A DNA stretch of 64,000 bases from positions 696,216 through 760,215 of the forward strand of contig JAAOMT010000760.1 in NCBI GenBank assembly GCA_016748015.1. The letters are read 5' to 3'. The translations under genes and the position numbers were made by a program. This stretch comes from Geosiphon pyriformis uo1 (taxonomy: Eukaryota > Fungi > Glomeromycota). The notes under the pieces are model-generated. The model worked only from the letters and a program-made list of their open reading frames with translations, had not been told where the DNA came from and did no database searches. Positions 26,701-40,219 of the stretch are shown one piece after another (position 1 is the first letter of the stretch; each line of letters starts with the position of its first letter).

Positions 26701-27902
26701 CATCTGGTTACTTTTGTTAATTGATAGCAATATTTCCAGCAGTTTAAAAAGGCAATTAATCGAAGACATCATAATATGTTCACATTTGTAAAAAGATCAA
26801 GATTTTTATAGATGTAGACATGTAAACACATATTTGTTTTTTATTGCTTTAACGTGTGGAAAAAATTTTTCTCTCGGGAAATAAAGTAGGTGTTATTAAT
26901 GAAAATGATGGAATTAATTGAAAAAATATTATAGAAAGAATGACTGTGTGCATGATGTAACCAAAGATTTACGTTTAAAGGAAAAACCCCCCCAAAAAAA
27001 ACAAATATCCCGAATATAATTACGCTTTGTTGTGTATAATAAAGAGTAATATGGTGTATGGATGAAAAACCATAGATTGCATAGATTTAAATGGAAATGG
27101 AGGAAAAAAAGCATATGAAAAGTTGGTATTTGTTTAAAGAAATGATTAAAAACAAAATATAAAGGTTATCAAAAGAAAATTAATGAATGTAAGATGTTTG
27201 CGAGCTGGGACTCAAAGAGGTCATGAAAAGTAAAAATTTGCTATCGCTCTTGTATCTTTTCAATGAAAAATTGATATGGAGAAAAGCTGACGAGAAATTT
27301 TTTTTCGATTGAAATGTTCAATTTTGGGGCTATCATCGATGACTGGCAAGAAAAAGGGTTTTGTGAAATTATTCTTTGTCAAAGAAGGCAAATCCTTTTT
27401 TCTAAACAAGAAAAATGTAATAATTCAAAGAGTTTTTGGTAAAAAAAATTTGATGTAGAAGCAAACTGATCAAGCAAGGGAAAAAGAGATATTTATAAAG
27501 ATTTAAAGGTAAATAAGGGGTAAAAATACAATAAATTTTGTCTATAAAAGTCTAATTTTTTAACATAAATTACAAATACAAGTGAGTAAACGATAGAGGG
27601 TAAGATAAATCCACCACCTCCAGAATTATATGAAAAGGGTTCTAAGTAAAATATTTTCTATACAAAAATGGCAAACTAGCAAAAAATCCTCTAAAACCAA
27701 GCTTATAATACAAAAAGAAGTAAAAAAAAACAATCAATGGTTGAAACAAAAAAAACTTTTTTAGAAAGAAAAAATAAAATGCTCCAATATTACAAACAGC
27801 TAAAAGCGATTGGGATGTGAGTAGACAAGTTGGAAAATGTTTGTTGAGCAGCTAATGATATTTAAAATCGGTTGAATGAATGAGTCAAATTATTCCGTCA
27901 CT

Positions 27903-29487
27903 TCACCCGTTAACTTGCAAAGAGCTGACACGTCGATGCTGACGTAATATTGCACTCGATCTTTTAAAGGGTGCTTTTAGCTAAAAAGTAGCGAAGAATA
28001 CAAGTTATTAATTTTATGGAATCTTTCGAAGCGGAAATTCAAAAGGTTCAAGATTCCGATAAACACTTACCCCTGAGCTGTTCATTGTTCGATTGAGTTC
28101 TTCTCTTTTGGCACGTTCATTGCGTTCTTGAAGGTCTCTTATGGCACCATCAAATTTCTTATGAAGTGATGAAAGGTTGATTCGATCATTTTGTAATTGA
28201 GTGTTACTTGATGGGGTCGCTCTAAAAAGCGTCTAATATTGTAAAGGATGATAAGAAAAAGTATAAAGGATTAGATATGTGTTACATCTTGAGGTCAAAG
28301 AAAGAATAGAGCCATATACTAACCATCACCAATAACGGATATTTACATAGTCTTTGAATTGGTTTCGTTACCAAGCTTTCTAGTGACCGATATCGACCAG
28401 TTATTACATGAGCTTCGAGAGTTTTCACAAGTTGTCCAAGGTTTGTGTTCTTTTTCCTTGCATTAGCAAGTTCTATTATTGCAGTTTTATGATAAAGCAA
28501 GTACTTGTCATATGTTTCTACTTTGGTGACAAGTTGAGTAAGCGCATCGGTTATTGATGGAACAACTTCGTATATTGCCTGAATGTTGAGCAATTGCTGA
28601 AAAAGTTTTCAAGAATCAAAAGGAAAATTATTTAATTAATTTCATTGGCTAGTAAGGGATAAAAAGTTTGGGTAGCAATTTTTGAAACTTACCCGAGATA
28701 TGTTTTTATGCATATAATAAATGTCTTGTAATGCGGCAAAAGTATGGGTTAGACCAGCTGGGAGCCGAATACGAGAGTCTTGAATTGCTGTTACGTAATG
28801 CTACCCATATGAAAAAGAGATGCATTTGCATTAGAGATAAAAATGCGAAAAACCTGAAACCAGGGTCTAGGAATTTATTTATCCTTTGTTACACCACGGA
28901 ATAATTTACTTGCAAGTCCGGATGAAACAGTGATCAAGTTTAACAAGAAAAAAACGTGATAAAATTTTCATACTTACATCCAAAAGATAATTAAGATCTT
29001 CAACAAACTCTTTTTCCGTCCGAATGATTTCAAATATTACTTCTTGGCGTTTAATTATTTCAGGGTCTAAAGCTTTCTTCACATCAGCCTTTACTTGTTC
29101 TGTCCAAAGTGGTACAGTCGCTTCAGGACTTGGCGGTGAAGTGATGATATGGTTTGTGTCTACCGTAAGATTGGAACTCAAATTACGACGAAGAGGATTC
29201 TTGAAAAGCGTGTTGTTACTTTGAGTTTTTCGCAGTTGACCAAATTTGTTATTTGGGTTTTGGAGAAAATCCATAGGTTCTGACTCGAGGCTAGATCGTA
29301 AGCTAGACCTTGATGATTTGTTTGTTAAAAGACTACGCTTATATGATTGAAAATCATCCAAACTCTCTTGAATATCTATCGTCTTTGTACTGTCTATGAA
29401 TGATTGTGACTCGGAGAATTCACAGGTTGCTGGTAGAAAAGGTTCAACGGCAGAACTAAAGGCTGCCACTATTCTGGTGAAAGCCAT
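27903..29487 (-). CDS. Dbl-homology (DH) domain RhoGEF, 5 exons
   Basis: KRQEVIFEIIRTEKEFVEDLNYL (DH CR1) and SLESLVTKPIQRLCKYPLLV (DH CR3). Five exons join in frame with canonical splice sites. Ser-rich N-terminus. Confidence 0.88.
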
Positions 29488-31612
29488 TATATTGAAAGAA
29501 ACAGACTGAAGAAAGATTTTTAAGGAAAAAAATGCAGGCAATGTAGATAAAAGAAATTTTTTTTAAAAATTGTTCTATCCCACAGACTAAAAAGAAATTA
29601 TTTTGATGGGCAGGGTGGGAAGTCAGCTAGCTTTATAGAATGGAGCTTTTTGCCCCTGAGTACTTTTTTGAAGTATGTAAGTATGTAAGTAGGCTGTAAT
29701 GCGCCATCAATATAAATATACAGATTCATGTATAAATTTTTGACGGTGAAACGAGTTTTTGTAATCGAATTTTTTTTTTTTTTTTTTACGATTAAAAGTA
29801 ACATATTTGAAGCCTAACTTAATGTTAAAAAAAAAATTTTTTAATTGATATAAATATACATATTTAAATAGATTAAATAAATAAATATATTTTGAAACGT
29901 AAGGGGCGTTCAATGCTATATGAAAATCATCTATTGACAATAAACCAAATAGGAGCATACTAAATAAAATAAAAAAGATAACTTTTACCCGGAAAAAGCA
30001 AAAAAGTGCATGCAGGCCGTTTGTGATCTAATTATAGATAATCGATTAAGAAAAATTTCTAGATCGGCTAATAGGTTCTTGAAATATATGATATTACCAA
30101 ATACGGTAAATATTTTAATTAAACTTGCATATGATACGCGTGACATCATTTTTAAATATTAAATTTCATATGAACACATAACAAATAACAATTTTTTTTT
30201 TTTTTTTTTACGATTTTCCATATATTATTATTTTTTTCAGAGAGCGCAATAAATCAAAAAGGTAACAAACAAATAAATTTTTAGAAATCCAAAATTTCAA
30301 AAAGGATCAAGTCACCTAATTTACCATGAATTTTTTCCAACTCATTTTTTTATTTGTATATTAACTTTTGAAGAAATAGCTCTGAAAATGATTAAAGTTT
30401 CTTTAAATTCTCTTTTTAAAAATTAAAATGATTTATAATTATTTTTGAATAAATCAAATTCCACAAAATTTAAGATTTTTTTTATTTAAAATTTTTTTTT
30501 ACTTTTGAAATAATGAATCAATTTGGCAATTAATATTATTATTTTAAAAGCTTTTATTATTTTATAATATATGTCGAAAAATCAATCTTTTTAGAAATAT
30601 TTATAGATTATATAGTTACCCAGAAAAGTTATTTAAAAAATAACTCGTAATCTTGCTTTTTGGTAAAAGCAACAATTCAATTCAATTCAATTTAATTTAA
30701 TTTAATTCAGTTTTTTTTTTTGGCAACAAAAAATAAGGTTGAATTGCTTATTTTGGAATCAAAAATTTTTTATTTTATATATTGATGTTGATAATCAATT
30801 TAATTTTCTAAATAAATCTTATAAATTTTATAAATTTTTAATTAAAATAGGATTTGAATATTAAAATGAACATTCTAAACTTAAAATGTGATAAATTTAG
30901 AATTTTTATTTATATATATAGATTTATATGCAAGTAAAAAAATTATTAATTTGATATGAAATAGTAATAATTACAAATTAAATTAAAAAAATTGGATATT
31001 TTAATTTCTATAAGTGTTTGTGAATTTTTAGAAAGAAATTTATTTTTAAATATTTATTATTTAAGATTTTAATTTAAAAATTTTTTTTTTATAGAAATAT
31101 TCATTTTAAATTAATTAAATAATGAACTAATTAAATAATAATAATAAACCAAATAAATATATATTTCGAAATATATTTAAAAAAATTGTAGAAAAATTTC
31201 ACAATATAATAAATTATTTTTCAGAATTATTTATGAGAATATTTAGAAAACCTAAATTCTAAAGTCTTTTCTTGATTATTTTTGGGATACTATGTTTTTT
31301 TTATTTATAAAGAAATTTAAGCAAGGGAACGAAAATTTTGAATAAATTAATTGGATCAAAAATATTTTCAAATATAATTTGTTAATATTCAAAAGTTAAA
31401 TACGTACAAAAACTTAAAATATATTTGTCTTTCATGTATTGAATAAATTTTTGCATATTAATTTAAAGAATAATAACTCTGAAAATTTTCATTTAATGAA
31501 TTAGCGTAAAATTTAATATTGAATCCCTAATCTGACAATAAATCGCAATATGATTAAATTGAGCGGATTCTTGTTTTGAAAATTTGATAAAATATCTCTA
31601 TTGTACCATATT

Positions 31613-31858
<246 letters not shown>

Positions 31859-33142
31859 TACAAAGGTGAATGTCTCTGTTAAGAGATTAAGAATTAAAGT
31901 TTTATCAATAATAACTTGTTCATATTATTGAAACTTTCAGAAAACCCTTTAACAATAATAAAATTGTTTTATTCAATGAACACAATTGAACATCCAAGTT
32001 ATAAGGGTCATATAAATTACATGAGTCAGAGTCAGGGTTGGCATATTTTTAAACCTATTACTAAATTACTTGCATTTAGAAAATTGTTTCGAAAGCGCAC
32101 GAAAATTCAACTTTCACAAAACCTCTTTAATCCTCAATCGTTTATACCAATAGTTTCAAGTAAATAAGAGTAATATTTTATTCTTGAGCTTATTTCATTA
32201 AGGTTTTTTTGCAGGATGCTTTCACTTGATTGAAGGTCTAAAATTCCCTAATAAGCTAAAAAAAGTACACTTTTTTATAATATATAAAATACCGAATTTG
32301 TAAAAAAATTTTTGGACACAGAATTAGACAATAATGTCTCACGAACGGTTTTACTTCCTTGAAGGACCCTCTAGAATTCTAAATTTTTGGTAGAATTCAT
32401 TTTTTTGAAAAAAAAAAATTAAATTACTAAAGAGTTTTTTAAATTTTTCCTTATTTCATCAATTCATTTGTCTCATTATGGTTTTTCAAAGTCTGAATAA
32501 GTCAAAGAATGATTTATAAATAAAAAAAATAGAATTCGAATATTTTTTATTAGTTTATCAGATAATGAGAAAATAATAATTGATGCAAATCATGAACCAG
32601 TTAGTTAGTTGTGATAAGTAAAGTTTTTCCTCTGATGATTATTGGTGTATTTGGGAAGCATAAAATTTACACAATCTTTCTAAATTAATCTTGATTAGTT
32701 GATAAAGTTTCAATGGCACATGATCTTTTGCGACACGTCATGCATCAATATAAGATTTAAATCCCTACAAAAATTAGAGTCATCTTTTAGTTCTCCGTGA
32801 TTGGTTTGGTCTTACCGCCCCGTTTCGAAAGTAGTTGATAGGTCAAAGGATAGTGAGACGAATAACGGAATTTTTTTTACCAGAGGTTTGCCGATAAAAA
32901 GAGTGTAAATTGAGATTCGACAACTATTTTGCCATGTTTTTTAAAGCGTAGTAAATTGTAACCGTCAACTGATAAAATGGTTCAAACAATGATTATGAAA
33001 TTAAATGGTCATTGAGAAAAATCAATAAAAAATTATATTTTCATTAAATTCTAGCCCAAAAACTAATTTAAAAAAATTATATATATATATATATAGAATA
33101 GTTTTACTTCTTGAAACATAATATATATATTTCTCTCTTTTT

Positions 33143-33144
<2 letters not shown>

Positions 33145-33178
<34 letters not shown>
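33145..33178. repeat. (TGAT)n microsatellite
   Basis: About 8 tandem TGAT units. Confidence 0.9.
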
Positions 33179-36100
33179 AATTAATTAGACGGAAAATCTT
33201 TTGCCTTGTAATATGATATTTAACCATAAATCATCAAAAATCTCCCCACATGGTATTTGATTGTACAAGTGAATATTGATCTGATGGCAGTTTTTCCATT
33301 AAAAGATTCAAATTTATCAAAAAACCGGCTTTTTTAAAAGTAGACTAGACATTTTTTATGACTGCATTAATTAATTCATATATTGCATAGTTTTCTTTAA
33401 AGGTAAAAATTTCCTCATTCCATTGACATTCCTATTTAATTTGAAAGGTTTGTAACATATCGAAAATTTTCAATGTAGAAAAAAGAAAATTCTTTGCAAA
33501 AAAAAAAAATCTCCAAACAGATTTTAATATTTTTTAGATTAAACTATTAAAATAAGTTGAATAAAGGTTCAAAGTATAAAATTATTAGATTCAAAAAAAA
33601 ATTCTATATTGAGTTTAGACAATTTATATTTGAAAATTCTAAATACTTGAAAACAAAGCACAGGAAATTTAAATATTTCGCATCTTGGATTCAATTCTTA
33701 TAGACTATTATTCTTAACGAAAAAAAATATATATATATTGAATTAAGATAATAAAATGTCAAAGAATATTTTTATTTCGCATCTATTTCAGTTGTGTTAA
33801 TTTTTTGAAAAAATTTAATTTAATTTAATTTGATTTGATTTGATTTGATTTGATCAAACCCTTATTTTGAAAAAGTTGTGAGGATTTTTTCTTTGGTATA
33901 TTCATTAAAACTTCAGTTCAAAATGTAACAATAAAATTATATACAAACTATATATGAGAAACTGCATATTATGGATATTAAATATTAAGAATTTTTAGAA
34001 TTAGATAAATTATTTTTTTCTTTCATGAATTGAAGAACTGTGACGTGTGAAGAATTTTCAACTTTTTTCATGAAATATTTTTTCAATTTCAAAATAGTTT
34101 ATTATAAATTTTAAAATTGATAAAAAATTTAAATTATTTTTTTTTCCAAAAGTAAAAATAGAAATTCATTATTTTATTTAATTTTATTATAATTGTTTTA
34201 TTATAATTGTTTTTAACTAAAAACTCTTAAGACTACAAAAATCGTTAGTTAATAGAATTAAACTTTTAATTGTAAGCATTCAGTTGATACAAAATATTAT
34301 ATAAGTTTTTTAGTAAATTAATTCATCTTCCAATAATTTTTTTTGAAATTATCAAAAGAAAGTAAATGAATTAAAAAATTTATAAATTAAAAATTTTTGA
34401 TTAATTTGCGGATTAACTCCCCCCCCCCCCACTCCCCACTCCCCAAGCATATTGGAATTTTAATACATAATTCATGACGTGTCGTTTACAGCATTGTTTA
34501 GACCCTGCATATGTGTTGAATTATTATATAAGATATACTCTTGATAATCTACATTTTACATATTAAAATCAAAAGTAAATCCTTTCTTGGTCATAGCAAC
34601 AAAAAAATTCATTTTTAGACTAGGTCAATAATCTTTTAAAGTAGAAAACATTCACATAATTTCATTAGAATTAATGAAATCATAGTATCACCACCATAAA
34701 AAGATTCTATAAAGAACGAAATGACTGAATGATGCTAACTAAAATTATCAGCTGTGTTAAAAATTTTCTACCAAGAATAACCTGAAACAATATTCCTATC
34801 ATTGAAGTGAGTGTAACTAAAAATAAAAAATAAAAAAATTCTCTAAAGAATAATTTATTTGTGTCACTTTCAAAATCGATAAAAATTCTTGCCTAATTCG
34901 AATGCTTTGGAAGAGAGTTTGAGACAAAATTCAAAAGATGCAAATTTTTACCCACGTCTGCATAATGATATTCCGTCTTTCTGAAATTTTGTTTTTAATA
35001 TGTATTAATAATAATTTAACTAGGGACCTTGCAGAAAAATAAGAAAAGTTTATTTTTCATCCCTTTTTATAACAATATAACCCAATAATTTATTCATTTC
35101 AAAATGAATCGATTTGTAAGAGAATCTTCCAAAAAGAATTTATTTTCAGGTAAGGTTTAGGAATTTCTGAAATTTTACTAGTATTATTATTGTTGTTATT
35201 ATTTTTGTTTTTGTTTTTGTTTTAGTTTTAGTTTTTGTTTTTGTTTTTGTTTTTGTTTTGTTTTTTAAGAATTATATTCTAAAAAAAGGTTATTTTTAGT
35301 GATATAAGCAAACGTAATTTTTAAAAAATCTAATGTATGAAAAATCCTTTAATTTAATTTAATTACTTTTTAATTAATATTGAAAAATATAATTTCATAT
35401 ATTAAAAATTTCGTCAAAAAATATTTATTTTCCAAACTCTTTTTAAAATTTTAATTTAGCGTGTCCAAACGTTTATATCTTTGATGTAAAATTTAGATAT
35501 TTAAAACATGAAAAATAAAATATCTATTTTAATTTCTTTAATATTCTCATGTCTTATTCATAAAAGGATAAAAGATTATTTATTATCGTTGTCACATGCT
35601 TTTATAGTACAAAATATTGGGAAACCTATTACATTTTAGCATTTAGATGAATCCTCGAATCAAATCATTTAGTTTTCAAGAATTAAAAAACAAAATTTTA
35701 CTTTAAAAATTTTTATGTCTCGTGTCAGATTATAAAAGAATTTAGAAAAGGATAATGAAAGGTACATTTAAAATATATTTTTTGTTTTGCAAAACAAAAA
35801 ATATCTGAAATTTTCTAATTGTTTAAAAATTCAGTTCACACATCAAATTACATAATTTTTTTTATAATTTTTTTTTTTACTTTTATAAACTAGTATTCCA
35901 TTGCCATTTTCAGTGCGTAATAAAAACCTGGAGCTGCTTGTAATGAATGATTTGAACAAAATATTTTGTTAAAATTTAATTTAAATTGAAAAAAAAAATA
36001 TAATTTTGCCATCATATTTCTACAAAAAATTGATATTCATAATAAAAATTTGGGAAATCCAGAGATTTGACGGTCTTTTAAAAGATTTTATTCAACAGAA

Positions 36101-37092
36101 ATTATTAATCCTCTTCATATTTTTTTTGGTATAAAAACATACTTCAAAGCAAGCTAAAATTAATTAATTAATAATTCGTTCTTGTACTTTTTTCTTAGAA
36201 TTGAGATAAATAACTTCAGTATTATATGTCATGATTTCTAAACTTTTCTTTTAAAAATCATTTATTTTGGCAGAGAACACAATAATTATCTCAATTAAAA
36301 ACTTAAGCCTTTCACGATTGCTAAACCACAATCTTTTTTCAAATATCATTTATTAAAAAGTTCTCTTTATTATCCAAGTTGTAAAATCTTTAAAAAGTGT
36401 TTATCATTTAAATAGGATGAAGTTTCATTACGAAATTGAAATCAGAAATCGAAAATTAATAAAAGTAAAATTCATTGCCTCTACCAATATTATAGTATGA
36501 CTCATATTTCGAGTGATTATAACCTTAAATTTGGTCAAATTATTAGATGAACCTTTTTTTTTTTTTTTCATAAATTACTTCCAAATATAACTAATTTTAA
36601 ATTGGCCGGATATTGTTAATTAATCACGTGTTTAACACATATCCCCGTATAATTTGAGCTCTTGCATGGGAAGAGGTGTCTCCCGTGCTGTATGGGTTTC
36701 AATCAATAAAAATTAGTTTTTAATTTAAAAAACTTGTTATAATTGCTTAGAAGAATTCAAACATTTTGATTCACACTTTTTATTTATTTTTTAACTAGTA
36801 CATTTATTAGTTTTTATTGAAATATTTTTATTTTTAAATTCAGAATTTCTTTAAGTATCAATATATTTATCGAATTTGAAAAAGATATCAATAAATAAAT
36901 TTCTCACATTGAAAGGGAATCTTTTGACGTCCGTTTGTGAATTTCAAAAAAAAATTAGCCAGTAAAAATTTCAAAAAAAATTTATCAAATGTCCAAAAAT
37001 AAGATGATATATTTCAAGATTGCTATTCATTTGGTGGTTACAACGCTAAGTTTATTAATATACAAAAAAATATAAAAACTAATGGGCATATC

Positions 37093-39740
37093 CTCGTGAA
37101 TAAAATTTCTAAAATATAGAAAAATTAATATTATTTGCAATTATTCTAATTAAAATATTTTTAGCTAATGAAAATTTGGGAATAACCAAAATTTTTCATT
37201 TTTGGCTTTATTAGCCAATAAACCTTGATATATTATTCTATAGCAAAATACTAAAAATTTAATTTAATATTTAACAAAAATTAAATTTTTATGATTTATT
37301 TATTTATTTAGGAAAATTTTAATCTCACGTTCAAGTTACAAAAAAAAACATTACAAAAAGCTGTCATCAACCTTATTTTTACTCAAAAAAAAAAGATGTT
37401 CATATTTGAAAATAAACTTTTAAAATTTTATATATGACAATTTGCTGAAATATTACATAAAAACTAGTATTAGATGCACTAAATGGTAATTGAAAAAATA
37501 TGGGTAATCAAAATAGATTGTACTTCATAATTACTCTGATTTTTTTGGTAAATAAAATTCATCCCATTTTATTTTTAAATAAATAATTCAATTCTTATTA
37601 CATTTTAAAATAGTAATTTTAATTAAATTTCTGGATTTAAGAATTAAAATAGGCAATTTAAATAAATAAAATATCTACCAAAATAGCAATTGCATTGATT
37701 TCGGTAATAAGGTCCAATCAATTTATAGTAATATTGGAGAAAAAATCATAATTATTTCGATTTTTCTCCTAAAAAATTTTCTTGAGAGGAAGCGACGAAC
37801 AATCCCCCATGGTTACACCAAAATATGGCCCAACATGAACAAAATTCTTTTGCAGCTTTTTAATTGATTGGCCAGCATTACACTCCTTGAAAAATTTAAA
37901 AAAAATTAAGACTCAAATTCAATTAAACTATTCTCTCAATTTAATGACAAATTTATTTTAGAAACCTGATTTTCTCCTGTCATCCCATGGTGTGGAAAGA
38001 ATGTTTCATTGGATACTCCAACTTGTCGTGGTGCCTTTCCATTATAATCAAAACCTTGACATTCCCAAATATTAAACTCAGTTGGACAGTCACACGATTC
38101 TCCTGGAACTATCCAGATTTCAAGTTCATGGTGCATCACAGTTTCCTTCTCTAATTTAGATTTCGGAAAGTGAGGAACATGATCTTTGAAATATGTTACT
38201 CTTCTGATATCTAGAAATTTATTAATCAAACGAGCAAAATATTTGTTTCCGACTCTAGGAGCCCCAAATGTGGTAGCTCGTACTTGAAAATCGAGAAACT
38301 TGTTATTTATGTAGGATTCTAGTTGCCAGGTAATGGCGGCGATAGTTGCGAGTGCTTTAATAAAATCGAGAATAGCATTTGTCAAACGTGGTTAACTTTC
38401 AATTTTATAATTTCTTGAGAGAAAGAGATCTAAAACATACCACCACCAGTGCCCCATCCAGTAAAATGGATCATTTTTGGAATAGAGTTCATACGTTTTT
38501 TAATAATTGCTTCAATGATTGGAAAAAAGTTATTCTTTAACTCAAGAAATCCTTTTTGCCATAATTCTGCTACTCGAATGACTGGTTCTGGTTTTAACCC
38601 ATTTACTTGAAATGTGGTCATTAAAGGTTTCCAGGCTGCCCATTCAGACCTAGTCCAGATGAATCCTACATAAATATATAAAAGAATATGAGCTAGTTTT
38701 TAAATGAAATGTTCCAAGAATTCGTCATGTCACTACCTCCAAAAGCAATAATATATTCTTCGCCAAAAACTATAGTCGCTAAAATTATCCAAAAATTTCG
38801 GGTAAATAATGATTTAAACAAAAATATTCGGAAAGTTAAAAACTTGTGAAAGAATATTCTGTAAATTTAACCTGTAAAATCCTTCCCTTTTCTCCCACAA
38901 AAGGCTTGATTTGCTGATACGGCGATCTCATTGAGGTCAAGGGTGGTGTCAGGATTGAACGGTTTTTTGGGTGGAGATTGAGACGATCGTTGTTTCAAAC
39001 CATTTTTCCAACTGGTCAAATCAAGATAATTTAGTGTTGAATTTAATTTTTTAAGATACAAATGAGCGGCATATTTTGAAGGTGTTTTATGTTTTTTACC
39101 CTTCGGAAATGGGGTAAATTTTGAAAAAAAGATTATATAAATAAGAATAAGAAATAAAAGGAACATTAAAAGTATTTGATTGAAAATATATTTTTTCTTG
39201 CGATTCATCATCTTGTGATGCACGATTTCAAATCACATCTCAAGCTATTTCTAATTATTTACTCTTATAATCTAAATCCCTTATTTATAATCGTGAATTT
39301 TTTATTTGTATTCTCTTAAAGAAAGTAAACTAATTTGTACTACATGTATATCGACCCTTATCTCTTGAAAGTGCATCCAATCGGTTTCTTCCTGCTTTCT
39401 AGCATCATTGAATATTTTCTATTTTTCATTCTATATAGTCCGAATTAGATTTGTATTTAATTCAGGAAAATAATATTAAAATTTTAGAGGAGTCTATATA
39501 TTCCTCTAAGAAATTTTCTCTTGATAAAAGATAGGTTATAGAGCGTTATATTTATTTGTTAGGAACTAATTTCTTTATTGAGATAAAATATTATTTGTTA
39601 TACTTGGATAAATCAAGTAATAAAACATGGCAATTCTGTAAAAGTTTAACGAATATAAAACTACGGTAAAATATTTTTTTTATCGTAATACGCAACTTAT
39701 ATCTCCCCAAATATTTTGTTTATCGAAATTATCTTGATTC
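37093..39740 (-). repeat. Arm 2 of the inverted segmental duplication (partner 16110-19052)
   Basis: The reverse complement aligns to arm 1. Homology stops at about 39740, right at a LINE-like 5' fragment. Confidence 0.9.
37769..39211 (-). CDS. Class-3 lipase-fold protein with N-terminal TM anchor and no catalytic Ser (copy 2)
   Basis: Same five-exon structure as copy 1 with the frame intact. Motifs: HFTGWGTGGALA, TFGAPRVGN, KDHVPHFP, FVHVGPYFG. Ends LPLKKIF*. Confidence 0.88.
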
Positions 39741-39744
39741 ATTT

Positions 39745-40216
39745 CAAAAACCCCTTTCTCTCTTGCAATTTTATGACCACAACTAGAGCAAAGAGCAAAA
39801 AAGAAGCAACCCCTATTTTTTCTATATTTTTTAACAGTACAACCACCCAAAAAGCTCTTTCAAATGTAGAAACAGCTAGAAACCATTTTGTAGAGGCACT
39901 TTCCTTAAATAATACAGACACAAAGCAGTTATTGGCTGCTAAAAGAGCTCTTTTTTGACTTTTAGTAGAAGTTTTTCTTCATTCAAGATCTATTTAAAGT
40001 GCCACACCAGAAACAGTTTTAGTTTTATTGCTACTATTGCCAAAAGCCTTAGGTCTTAAACCACAAACCAGTAGTAAAGCTACTGTTTTCTCTTCTTTCT
40101 TCTCTTATTGCTATCCAGATGACAAAAAGACCAAAACAGTCAAAAATCAATCTCTTTTCTCTCTGAACAAACTTGAGGCCAATTTCTTTAAGCTATCAAA
40201 AAATAGTGTTTTTTAG
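39745..40216 (+). mobile_element. Decayed 5' end / ORF1 start of a LINE-like element
   Basis: A pyrimidine-rich leader precedes ATG 39773 (MTTTRAKSKKEA...). From memory this resembles the N-terminus of repeat-derived proteins in Archaeosporales genomes (not verified). Stops follow quickly, and the fragment abuts the duplication breakpoint. Confidence 0.45.
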
Positions 40217-40219
40217 TGT

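Noticed and set aside
21000-27200. Short ORFs in the long intergenic region
   Set aside because: F/I/K/L/N-rich translations typical of random AT-rich DNA.
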